Source: Eledone cirrhosa
Taxonomy: Eukaryota
Reading direction: 5' to 3'
Assembly (NCBI GenBank): GCA_964016885.1
Contig: OZ024743.1
Coordinates: 354,702,001-354,766,000, forward strand
DNA length: 64,000 nucleotides
This document shows, one piece after another, positions 53,001 through 64,000 of the stretch. Under the pieces are notes generated by a model. It had not been told where the DNA came from, searched no databases, and saw nothing but the letters and a program-made list of their open reading frames with translations. A program made the translations under genes and the position numbers. Positions within the stretch are counted from its first letter, which is position 1, and the number at the start of each line of letters is the position of its first letter.

Positions 53001-56000
53001 ATGATTGTCTTCATGCTGGTCGTTGTTGGTGGTAGAGATTGAAATTTTTGTGATACTTGTAATGGTGATGTTGATGATTGTCTTCATGCTGGTTGTTGTT
53101 GGTTGTAGAGATTCAGGTTTTTGTGATTCTGGTAATGGTGATGCTGATGATTGTCTTCATGCTGGTTGTTGTTGGTGGTAGAGATTGAGGTTTTTGTGAT
53201 ACTGGTAATGGTGATGCTGATGATTGTACTCCTGCTGGATGTTGTTGGTGGTAGAGATTGAGGTGTTTGTGATTCTGGTAATGGTGTACTGATGATTGTC
53301 CTCATGCTGGTTGTTGTTGGTGTTAGAGATTGAGGTTTTTGTGATTCTGGTAATAGTGATGCTGATGATTGTACTCCTGCTGGTTGTTGTTGGTGGTAGA
53401 GATTGAGGTTTTTGCGATTCTGGTAATGGTGATGTTGATGATTGTCTTCATGCTGGTTGTTGTTGGTGGTAGAGATTCAGGTTTTTGTGATTCTGGTAAT
53501 GGTGATGCTGATGATTGCCTTCATGCTGGTTGTTGTTGGTGGTAGAGATTGAGGTTTTTGTGATTCTGGTAATGGTGATGCTGATGATTGTCTTCATGCT
53601 GGTTGTTGTTGGTGGTAGAGATTGAGGTTTTTGTGATTCTGGTAATAGTGATGCTGATGATTGTACTCCTGCTGGTTGTTGTTGGTGGTAGAGATTGAGG
53701 TTTTTGTGATTCTGGTAATGGTGATGTTAATGATTGTCTTCATGCTGGTTGTTGTTGGTGGTAGAGATTCAGGTTTTTGTGATTCTGGTAATGGTGATGC
53801 TGATGATTGTCTTCATGCTGGTTGTTGTTGGTGGTAGAGATTGAGGTTTTTGTGATTCTGGTAATGGTGATGCTGATGATTGTCTTCATGCTGGTTGTTG
53901 TTGGTGGTAGAGATTGAGATTTTTGTGATCCTGGTAATGGTGATGCTGATGGTTGTCCTCGTGCTGGTTGTTGTTGGTGGTAGAGATTGAGGTTTTGTGA
54001 TCCTGGTAATGGTGATGCTGATGATTGTCCTCATGCTGGTTGTTGTTGGTGGTAGAGATTGAGGTTTTTGTGATTCTGGTGATGGTGATGCTGATGATTG
54101 TCCTCATGCTGGTTGTTGTTGGTGGTAGAGATTGAGGTGTTTGTGATCCTGGTAATGGGGATGCTGATGATTGTCCTCATGCGGGTTGTTGTTGGTGGTA
54201 GAGATTGAGGTTTTTGTTATTCTGGTAATGGTGATGCTGATGATTGTCCTCATGCTGGTTGTTGTTGGTGGTAGAGATTGAGGTTTTTGTGATCCTGGTA
54301 ATGGTGATGCTGATGATTGTCCTCATGCTGGTTGTTGTTGATGGTAGAGATTGAGGTTTTTGTGATTCTGGTAATGGTGATGCTGATGATTGTCCTCATG
54401 CTGGTTGTTGTTGGTGGTAGAGATTGAGGTTTTTGTGATCCTGGTAATGGTGATGCTGATGATTGTCCTCGTGCTGGTTGATGTTGGTGGTAGAGATTGA
54501 GGTTTTTGTGATCCTGGTAATGGTGATGCTGATGATTGTCCTCATGCTGGTTGTTGTTGGTAGAGATTGAGGTTTTTGTGATCCTGGTAATGGTGATGCT
54601 GATGATTGTCCTCATGCGGGTTGTTGTTGGTGGTAGAGATTGACGTTTTTGTGATCCTGGTAATGGTGATGCTGATGATTGTCCTCATGCTGGTTGTTGT
54701 TGGTGGTAGAGATTGAGGTTTTTGTGATTCTGGTAATGGTGATGCTGATGATTGTCTTCATGCTGGTTGTTGTTGGTGGTAGAGATTGAAATTTTTGTGA
54801 TACTTGTAATGGTGATGCTGATGATTGTACTGATGCTGGTTGTTGTTGGTGGTAGAGATTGAGGTGTTTGTGATTCTGGTAATGGTGTACTGATGATTGT
54901 CCTCATGCTGGTTGTTGTTGGTGTTAGAGATTGAGGTTTTTGTGATTCTGGTAATAGTGATGCTGATGATTGTACTCCTGCTGGTTGTTGTTGGTGGTAG
55001 AGATTGAGGTTTTTGCGATTCTGGTAATGGTGATGTTGATGATTGTCTTCATGCTGGTTGTTGTTGGTGGGAGAGATTGAGGTTTTTGTGATTCTGGTAA
55101 AGGTGATGCTGACGATTGTCTTCATGCTGGTTGTTGTTGGTGGTAGAGATTGAGGTTTTTGTGATTCTGGTAATAGTGATGCTGATGATTGTACTCCTGC
55201 TGGTTGTTGTTGGTGGTAGAGATTGAGGTTTTTGTGATTCTGGTAATGGTGATGTTAATGATTGTCTTCATGCTGGTTGTTGTTCGTGGTAGAGATTGAG
55301 GTTTTTGTGATTCTGGTAATGGTGATGTTAATGATTGTCTTCATGCTGGTTGTTGTTCGTGGTAGAGATTGAGGTTTTTGTGATTCTGGTAATGGTGTAC
55401 TGATGATTGTCCTCATGCTGGTTGTTGTTGGTGTTAGAGATTGAGGTTTTTGTGACTCTGGTAATAGTGATGCTGATGAACGTACTCCTGCTGGTTGTTG
55501 TTGGTGGTAGAGATTGAGGTTTTTGTGATTCTGGTAATGGTGATGTTGATGATTGTCTTCATGCTGGTTGTTGTTGGTGGTAGAGATTCAGGTTTTCGTG
55601 ATTCTGGTAATGGTGATGCTGATGATTGTCTTCATGCTGGTTGTTGTTGGTGGTAGAGATTGAGGTTTTTGTGATTCTGGTAATGGTGATGCTGATGATT
55701 GTCTTCATGCTGGTTGTTGTTGGTGGTAGAGATTGAGGTTTTTGTGATTCTGGTAATGGAGATGCTGATGATTGTCTTCAAGCTGGTTGTTGTTGGTGGT
55801 AGAGATTGAGGTTTTTGTGATTCTGGTAATGGTGATTCTGATGATTGTCTTCATGCTGGTTGTTGTTCGTGGTAGAGGTTGAGGTTTTTGTGATTCTGGT
55901 AATGGTGATGCTGATGATTGTCTTCCTGCTGGATGTTGTTCGTGGTAGAGATTGAGGTTTTTGTGATTCTTGTAATGCTGATGCTGATGATTGTCTTCAT

Positions 56001-58109
56001 GCTGGTTGTTGTTGGTGGTAGAGATTGAGGTTTTTGTGATTCTGGTAATGGTGATGCTGATGATTGTACTCATGCTGGTTGTTGTTCGTGGTAGAGATTG
56101 AGGTTTTTGTGATTCTGGTAATGGTGATGCTGATGATTGTCTTCATGCTGGTTGTTGTTGGTCGTAGAGATTGATGTTTTTGTGATTCTGGTAATGGTGA
56201 TGCTGATGATTGTACTCCTGCTGGTTGTTGTTGCTGGTAGAGATTGAGGTTTTTGTGATTCTGGTAATGGTGATGCTGATGATTGTCCTCATGCTGGTTG
56301 TTGTTCGTGGTAGAGATTGAGGTTTTTGTGATTCTGGTAATAGCGATTCTGATGATTGTCCTCATGCTGGTTGTTGTTGGTGGTAGAGATTGAGGTTTTT
56401 GTGATACTGGTAATGGTGATGCTGATGATTGTCCTCATGCTGGTTGTTGTTGGTGGTAGAGATTGAGGTTTTTGTAATACTGGTAATGGTGATTCTGATG
56501 ATCGTGGTGATGCTGGTTGTTGTTGGTGGTAGAGATTGAGGTTTTTGAGATTCTGGTAATGGTGATGCTGATGATTGTCCTCATGCTGGTTGTTGTCGGT
56601 GGTAGAGATTGAGGTTTTTGTAATTCTGGTAATGGTGATTCTGATGATTGTGCTGATGCTGGTTGTTGTTGGTGGTAGAGATTGAGGTTTTTGTGATTCT
56701 TGTAATGGTGATGCTGATGATTGTCCTCATGCTGGTTGTTGTTGGTGGTAGAGATTGAGGTTTTTGTGATACTGGTAATGGTGATGCTGATGATTGTCCT
56801 CATGCTGGTTGTTGTTCGTGGTAGAGATTGAGGTTTTTGTGATTCTGTTAATGGTGATGTTGATGATTGTCCTCATGCTGGTTGTTGTTGGTGGTAGAGA
56901 TTGAGGTTTTTGTGATTCTGGTAATGGTGATGTTGATGATTGTCCTCATGCTGGTTGTTGTTCGTGGTAGAGATTGAGGTTTTTGTGATACTGGTAATGG
57001 TGATGCTGATGATTGTCCTCGTGCTGGTTGTTGTTGGTGGTAGAGATTGAGGTTTTTGTGATCCTGGTAATGGTGAAGCTGATGGTTGTCCTCGTGCTGG
57101 TTGTTGTTGGTGGTAGAGATTGAGGTTTTTGTGATCCTGGTAATGGTGATGCTGATGATTATCCTCATGCTGGTTGTTGTTGGTGGTAGAGATTGAGGTT
57201 TTTGTGATCCTGGTAATGGTGATGCTGATGATTGTCCTCATGCGGGTTGTTGTTGGTGGTAGAGATTGAGGTTTTTGTGATTCTGGTAATGGTGATGCTG
57301 ATGATTGTATTCATGCTGGTTGTTGTTGGTGGTAGAGATTGATGTTTTTGTGATTCTGGTAATGGTGATGCTGATGATTGTACTCCTGCTGGTTGTTGTT
57401 GGTGGTAGAGATTGAGGTTTTTGTGATTCTGGTAATGGTGATGCTGATGATTGTCCTCATGCTGGTTGTTGTTGGTGGTAGAGATTGAGGTTTTTGTAAT
57501 TCTGGTAATGGTGATTCTGATGATTGTGCTGATGCTGGTTGTTGTTGGTGGTAGAGATTGAGGTTTTTGTGATTCTTGTAATGGTGATGCTGATGATTGT
57601 CCTCATGCTGGTTGTTGTTGGTGGTAGAGATTGAGGTTTTTGTGATACTGGTAATGGTGATGCTGATGATTGTCCTCATGCTGGTTGTTGTTGGTGGTAG
57701 AGATTGAGGTTTTTGTGATACTGGTAATGGTGATGCTGATGATTGTCCTCATGCTGGTTGTTGTTCGTGGTAGAGATTGAGGTTTTTGTGATTCTGGTAA
57801 TGGTGATGCTGATGATTGTCTTCATGCTGGTTGTTGTTGGTGGTAGAGATTGAGGTTTTTGTGATTCTGGTAATGGTGATGCTGATGATTGTCTTCATGC
57901 TGGTGTTGTTCGTGGTAGAGATTGAGGTTTTTGTGATTCTGGTAATGGTGATGCTGATGATTGTCTTCATGCTGGTTGTTGCTGGTGGTAGAGATTGAGG
58001 TTTTTGTGATTCTGGTAATGGTGATGCTGATGATTGTCCTCATGTTGGTTGTTGTTCGTGGTAGAGATTGAGGTTTTTGTGATTCTGGTAATGGTGATGC
58101 TGATGATTG

Positions 58110-59890
58110 TCCTCATGCTGGTTGTTGTTCGTGGTAGAGATTGAGGTTTTTGTGATTCTGGTAATGGTGATGCTGATGATTGTCCCCATGCTGGTTGTTG
58201 TTGGTGGTAGAGATTGAGGTTTTTGTGATTCTGGTAATGGTGATGCTGATGATTGTCCTCATGCTGGTTGTTGTTCGTGGTAGAGATTGAGGTTTTTGTG
58301 ATTCTGGTAATGGTGATGCTGATGAGTGTCCTCATGCTGGTTGTTGTTCGTGGTAGAGATTGAGGTTTTTGTGATTCTGTTAATGGTGATGCTGATGATT
58401 GTCCTCATGCTGGTTGTTGTTGGTGGTAGAGATTGAGGTTTTTGTGATTCTGGTAATGGTGATGCTGATGAATGTCCTCATGCTGGTTGTTGTTTGTGGT
58501 AGAGATTGAGGTTTTTGTGATACTGGTAATGGTGATGCTGATGATTGTCCTCGTGCTGGTTGTTGTTGGTGGTAGAGATTGAGGTTTTTGTGATCCTGGT
58601 AATGGTGAAGCTGATGGTTGTCCTCGTGCTGGTTGTTGTTGGTGGTAGAGATTGAGGTTTTTGTGATCCTGGTAATGGTGATGCTGATGATTGTCCTCAT
58701 GCTGGTTGTTTTTGGTGGTAGAGATTGAGGTTTTTGTGATCCTGGTAATGGTGATGCTGATGATTGTCCTCATGCGGGTTGTTGTTGGTGGTAGAGATTG
58801 AGGTTTTTGTGATTCTGGTAATGGTGATGCTGATGATTGTCCTCATGCTGGTTGTTGTTGGTGGTAGAGATTGAGGTTTTTGTGATTCTGGTAATGGTGA
58901 TGCTGATGAGTGTCCTCATGCTGGTTGTTGTTCGTGGTAGAGATTGAGGTTTTTGTGATTCTGTTAATGGTGATGCTGATGATTGTCCTCATGCTGGTTG
59001 TTGTTGGTGGTAGAGATTGAGGTTTTTGTGATTCTGGTAATGGTGATGTTGATGATTGTCCTCATGCTGGTTGTTGTTCGTGGTAGAGATTGAGGTTTTT
59101 GTGATACTGGTGATGGTGATGCTGATGATTGTCCCCGTGCTGGTTGTTGTTGGTGGTAGAGATTGAGGTTTTTGTGATTCTGGTAATGGTGATGCTGATG
59201 ATTGTCCTCATGCTGGTTGTTGTTCGTGGTAGAGATTGAGGTTTTTGTGATTCTGGTAATGGTGATGCTGATGAGTGTCCTCCTGCTGGTTGTTGTTCGT
59301 GGTAGAGATTGAGGTTTTTGTGATTCTGTTAATGGTGATGCTGATGATTGTCCTCATGCTGGTTGTTGTTGGTGGTAGAGATTGAGGTTTTTGTGATTCT
59401 GGTAATGGTGATGCTGATGAATGTCCTCATGCTGGTTGTTGTTCGTGGTAGAGATTGAGGTTTTTGTGATACTGGTAATGGTGATGCTGATGATTGTCCT
59501 CGTGCTGGTTGTTGTTGGTGGTAGAGATTGAGGTTTTTGTGATCCTGGTAATGGTGAAGCTGATGGTTGTCCTCGTGCTGGTTGTTGTTGGTGGTAGAGA
59601 TTGAGGTTTTTGTGATCCTGGTAATGGTGATGCTGATGATTGTCCTCATGCTGGTTGTTGTTGGTGGTAGAGATTGAGGTTTTTGTGATCCTGGTAATGG
59701 AGATGCTGATGATTGTCCTCATGCGGGTTGTTGTTGGTGGTAGAGATTGAGGTTTTTGTGATTCTGGTAATGGTGATGCTGATGATTGTCCTCATGCTGG
59801 TTGTTGTTGGTGGTAGAGATTGAGGTTTTTGTGATTCTGGTAATGGTGATGCTGATGAGTGTCCTCATGCTGGTTGTTGTTCGTGGTAGA
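58110..59890 (+). repeat. 949-bp (13 x 73) tandem duplication, with a further partial copy near 56.8-57.3 kb
   Basis: GGTGAAGCTGATGGTT occurs at ~57072, 58604 and 59553. TGTCCCC occurs near 58181/59130. ORFs 58380/59329 and 58405/59354 share the offset. Confidence 0.8.
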
Positions 59891-60089
59891 GATTGAGGTA
59901 TTTGTGATACTGGTAATGGTGATGCTGATGATTGTACTCATGCTGGTTGTTGTTGGTGGTAGAGATTGAGGTGTTTGTGATTCTGGTAATGGTGTACTGA
60001 TGATTGTCCTCATGCTGGTTGTTGTTGGTGTTAGATATTGAGGTTTTTGTGATTCTGGTAATAGTGATGCTGATGATTGTCCTCATGCT

Positions 60090-60540
60090 GGTTGTTGTTG
60101 ATGGTAGAGATTGAGGTGTTTGTGATTCTGGTAATGGTGTACTGATGATTGTCCTCATACTGGTTGTTGTTGGTGTTAGAGATTGAGGTGTTTGTGATTC
60201 TGGTAATGGTGTACTGATGATTGTCCTCATGCTGGTTGTTGTTGGTGTTAGAGATTGAGGTTTTTGTGATTCTGGTAATGGTGTACTGATGATTGTCCTC
60301 ATGCTGGTTGTTGTTGGTGGTAGAGATTGAGGTGTTTGTGATTCTGGTAATGGTGTACTGATGATTGTCCTCATGCTGGTTGTTGTTGGTGTTAGAGATT
60401 GAGGTTTTTGTGATTCTGGTAATGGTGTACTGATGATTGTCCTCATGCTGGTTGTTGTTGGTGGTAGAGATTGAGGTGTTTGTAATTCGGGTAATGGTGT
60501 ACTGATGATTGTCCTCATGCTGGTTGTTGTTGGTGTTAGA
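60090..60540 (+). repeat. Six consecutive 72-bp variant monomers (GGTGTACTGATGA), with 144-bp dimer substructure
   Basis: GTGTACT occurs at 60137, 60209, 60281, 60353, 60425 and 60497 (exact 72-bp spacing). GAGGTGTTT and GTGTTAGA variants alternate at 144 bp. Confidence 0.92.
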
Positions 60541-61689
60541 GATTGAGGTTTTTGTGATTCTGGTAATAGTGATGCTGATGATTGTACTCCTGCTGGTTGT
60601 TGTTGGTGGTAGAGATTGAGGTTTTTGCGATTCTGGTAATGGTGATGTTGATGATTGTCTTCATGCTGGTTGTTATTGGTGGTAGAGATTCAGGTTTTTG
60701 TGATTCTGGTAATGGTGATGCTGATGATTGTATTCATGCTGGTTGTTGTTGGTTGGAGAGATTGAGGTTTTTGTGATTCTGGTAATGGTGATGCTGATGA
60801 TTGTCTTCATGCAGGTTGTTGTTGGTGGTAGAGATTGAGGTTTTTGTGATTCTGGTAATAGTGATGCTGATGATTGTACTCCTGCTGGTTGTTGTTGGTG
60901 GTAGAGATTGAGGTTTTTGTGATTCTGGTAATGGTGATGTTAATGATTGTCTTCATGCTGGTTGTTGTTGGTGGTAGAGATTCAGGTTTTTGTGATTCTG
61001 GTAATGGTGATGCTGATGATTGTCTTCATGCTGGTTGTTGTTGGTGGTAGAGATTGAGGTTTTTGTTATTCTGGTAATGGTGATGCGGATGATTGTCTTC
61101 ATGCTGGTTGTTGTTGGTGGTAGAGATTGAGGTTTTTGTGATTCTGGTAATGGTGTACTGATGATTGTCCTCATGCTGGTTGTTGTTGGTGGTAGAGATT
61201 GAGGTTTTTGTGACTCTGGTAATAGTGATGCTGATGAACGTACTCCTGCTAGTTGTTGTTGGTGGTAGAGATTGAGGTTTTTGTGATTCTGGTAATGGTG
61301 ATGTTGATGATTGTCTTCATGCTGGTTGTTGTTGGTGGTAGAGATTGAGGTTTTTGTGATTCTGGTAATGGTGATGCTGATGATTATCTTCATGCTGGTT
61401 GTTGTTGGTGGTAGAGATTGAGGTTTTTGTGATTCTGGTAATGGTGATGCTGATGATTGTCTTCAAGCTGGTTGTTGTTGGTGGTAGAGATTGAGGTTTT
61501 TGTGATTCTGGTAATGGTGATTCTGATGATTGTCTTCCTGCTGGTTGTTGTTGGTGGTAGAGGTTGAGGTTTTTGTAATTCTGGTAATGGTGATTCTGAT
61601 GATTGTGCTGATGCTGGTTGTTGTTGGTGGTAGAGATTGAGGTTTTTGAGATTCTGGTAATGGTGATGCTGATGATTGTCCTCATGCTG

Positions 61690-62270
61690 GTTGTTGTTGG
61701 TGGTAGAGATTGAGGTTTTTGTAATTCTGGTAATGGTGATTCTGATGATTGTGCTGATGCTGGTTGTTGTTGGTGGTAGAGATTGAGGTTTTTGTGATAC
61801 TGGTAATGGTGATGCTGATGATTGTCCTCATGCTGGTTGTTGTTCGTGGTAGAGATTGAGGTTTTTGTGATTCTGGTAATGGTGATGCTGATGATTGTCT
61901 TCATGCTGGTTGTTGTTGGTGGTAGAGATTGAGGTTTTTGTGATTCTGGTAATGGTGATGCTGATGATTGTCCTCATGCTGGTTGTTGTTGGTGGTAGAG
62001 ATTGAGGTTTTTGTAATTCTGGTAATGGTGATTCTGATGATTGTGCTGATGCTGGTTGTTGTTGGTGGTAGAGATTGAGGTTTTTGTGATACTGGTAATG
62101 GTGATGCTGATGATTGTCCTCATGCTGGTTGTTGTTCGTGGTAGAGATTGAGGTTTTTGTGATTCTGGTAATGGTGATGCTGATGATTGTCTTCATGCTG
62201 GTTGTTGTTGGTGGTAGAGATTGAGGTTTTTGTGATTCTGGTAATGGTGATGCTGATGATTGTCCTCATG
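61690..62270 (+). repeat. 292-bp tetrameric tandem duplication
   Basis: GTAATTCTGG...GATTCTG...GTGCTGATG occurs at ~61721 and ~62013. ORF starts 61904/62196 differ by 292. Confidence 0.82.
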
Positions 62271-64000
62271 TTGGTTGTTGTTCGTGGTAGAGATTGAGGT
62301 TTTTGTGATTCTGGTAATGGTGATGCTGATGATTGTCCTCATGCTGGTTGTTGTTCGTGGTAGAGATTGAGGTTTTTGTGATTCTGGTAATGGTGATGCT
62401 GAGGATTGTCCTCATGCTGGTTGTTGTTCGTGGTAGAGATTGAGGTTTTGTGATTCTGGTAATGGTGATGCTGATGAGTGTCCTCATGCTGGTTGTTGTT
62501 CGTGGTAGAGATTGAGGTTTTTGTGATTCTGTTAATGATGATGCTGATGATTTTTCTCATGCTGGTTGTTGCTGGTGGTAGAGATTGTGGTTTTGTGATT
62601 CTGGTAATGGTGATGCTGATGATTGTCTTCATGCTGGTTGTTGTTGGTGGTAGAGATTGAGGTTTTTGTGATTCTTGTAATGGTGATGCTGATGATTGTC
62701 CTCTACTGGTTGTTGTTGGTGGTAGTGATTGAGGTTTTTGTGATACTGGTAATGGTGATGCTGATGAACGTCCTCGTGTGGTTGTCGTTGGTGGTAGAGA
62801 TTGAGATTTTTGTGATACTGGTAATGGTGATGCTGATGATTGTCCTCATGCTGGTTGTTGTTGGTGGTAGAGATTGAGGTTTTTGTGATCCTGGTAATGG
62901 TGATGCTGATGATTGTCCTCATGCTGGTTGTTGTTGGTGGTAGAGATTGAGGTCTTTGTGATTCTGGTAATCGTGATGCTGATGATTGTCCTTATGCTGG
63001 TTATTGTTGGTGGTAGAGATTGAGGTTTTTGTGATCCTGGTAATCGTGATGCTGATGATTGTCCTTATGCTGGTTGTTGTTGGTGGTAGAGATTGAGGTT
63101 CTTGTGATTCTGGTAATGGTGATGCTGATGATTGTCCTCATGGTGGTTGTTGTAGGTGGTAGAGATTGAGGTTTTTGTGATTCTGGTAATAGTGATGCTG
63201 ATGATTGTACTCCTGCTGGTTGTTGTTGGTGGTAGAGATTGAGGTTTTTGTGATTCTGGTAATGGTGATGTTAATGATTGTCTTCATGCTGGTTGTTGTT
63301 GGTGGTAGAGATTCAGGTTTTTGTGATTCTGGTAATGGTGATGCTGATGATTGTCTTCATGCTGGTTGTTGTTGGTGGTAGAGATTGAGGTTTTTGTTAT
63401 TCTGGTAATGGTGATGCGGATGATTGTCTTCATACTGGTTGTTGTTGGTGGTAGAGATTGAGGTTTTTGTGATTCTGGTAATGGTGTACTGATGATTGTC
63501 CTCATGCTGGTTGTTGTTGGTGGTAGAGATTGAGGTTTTTGTGACTCTGGTAATAGTGATGCTGATGAACGTACTCCTGCTGGTTGTTGTTGGTGGTAGA
63601 GATTGAGGTTTTTGTGATTCTGGTAATGGTGATGTTGATGATTGTCTTCATGCTGGTTGTTGTTGGTGGTAGAGATTCAGGTTTTTGTGATTCTGGTAAT
63701 GGTGATGCTGATGATTATCTTCATGCTGGTTGTTGTTGGTGGTAGAGATTGAGGTTTTTGTGATTCTGATAATGGTGATGCTGATGATTGTACTCCTGCT
63801 GGTTGTTGTTGGTGGTAGAGATTGAGGTTTTTGTGATTCTGTTAATGGTGAATTTAATGATTGTCTTCATGCTGGTTGTTGTTGGTGGTAGAGATTCAGG
63901 TTTTTGTGATTCTGGTAATGGTGATGCTGATGATTGTCTTCATGCTGGTTGTTGTTGGTGGTAGAGATTGAGGTTTTTGTTATTCTGGTAATGGTGATGC

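Larger units (their letters stand above)
1..64000 (+). repeat. 73-bp monomer tandem satellite array (~875 copies), extending beyond both window edges
   Basis: The motif GGTGGTAGAGATTGAGGTTTTTGTGA recurs every 73 bp in one orientation from base 1 to 64000. Most monomers differ from consensus by 0-4 bases. Length variants of 70, 72, 74 and 75 bp occur. Confidence 0.99.

Noticed and set aside
2091-62877. Plus-strand hydrophobic 60-84 aa ORFs resembling small membrane proteins or toxins
   Set aside because: They arise only where a 1-bp deletion monomer bridges frames. Val/Leu/Met richness follows directly from the G/T-rich composition.
198-63505. More than 100 minus-strand ORFs (MRTIISITIT.../HEDNHQHHHY.../SASPLPESQKPQ...) as genes
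   Set aside because: They are the three translations of one 73-bp unit. They overlap each other in different frames, their lengths follow 49+73k or indel arithmetic, and there is no unique domain or flanking sequence. A period not divisible by 3 and frequent 1-bp indels argue against coding constraint.
1-64000. CRISPR array or array of structured ncRNA units (period similar to repeat+spacer or tRNA length)
   Set aside because: The whole 73 bp is conserved, with no unique spacers, leader or cas genes. The C-poor, A-poor strand offers no evident stem-loop or cloverleaf.
1-64000. Canonical telomeric repeat or strong G-quadruplex array
   Set aside because: There are no tandem TTAGGG/TTAGG units (TTTAGG occurs only as a sporadic variant). 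The consensus has only GG doublets and no GGG runs.
1-64000. Diversity-generating or antigenic-variation cassette system based on the hypervariable sites
   Set aside because: There is no reverse transcriptase, recombinase, expression site or template/variable pair in the window. The variant order is adequately explained by nested tandem duplication.
1-64000. Embedded transposon, inversion or unique insertion
   Set aside because: Reading end to end, I found no interruption of register larger than a few bases and no switch to the C/A-rich strand.

Overview
The whole 64-kb window is one uninterrupted head-to-tail tandem satellite array of about 875 copies (64000/73) of a 73-bp monomer. The + strand consensus is AGAGATTGAGGTTTTTGTGATTCTGGTAATGGTGATGCTGATGATTGTCCTCATGCTGGTTGTTGTTGGTGGT (hand count A11 C6 G25 T31; ~42% GC; 77% G+T; no CpG). 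I saw no unique sequence, inversion, transposon, RNA gene or CRISPR spacer, and no credible protein-coding gene. The ORF track is explained by the repeat: the minus strand has one ATG and one overlapping TGA per monomer, so ORF lengths fall on 49+73k aa (122, 195, 268, 341), with other lengths caused by indel monomers. The information in the window lies in the order of monomer variants. That order reveals nested higher-order repeats (2-, 4-, 6-, 7-, 13-, 17-, 18-, 37-, 45/52/56- and ~75-mers, plus a ~16.4-kb long-range paralogy), positional variant domains, and a newly amplifying 72-bp monomer. It looks like eukaryotic satellite DNA evolving by unequal exchange. The organism and chromosomal location cannot be determined from the sequence. 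I did not find a new gene-based system. Coordinates were read by eye, so HOR boundaries are approximate to about one monomer.
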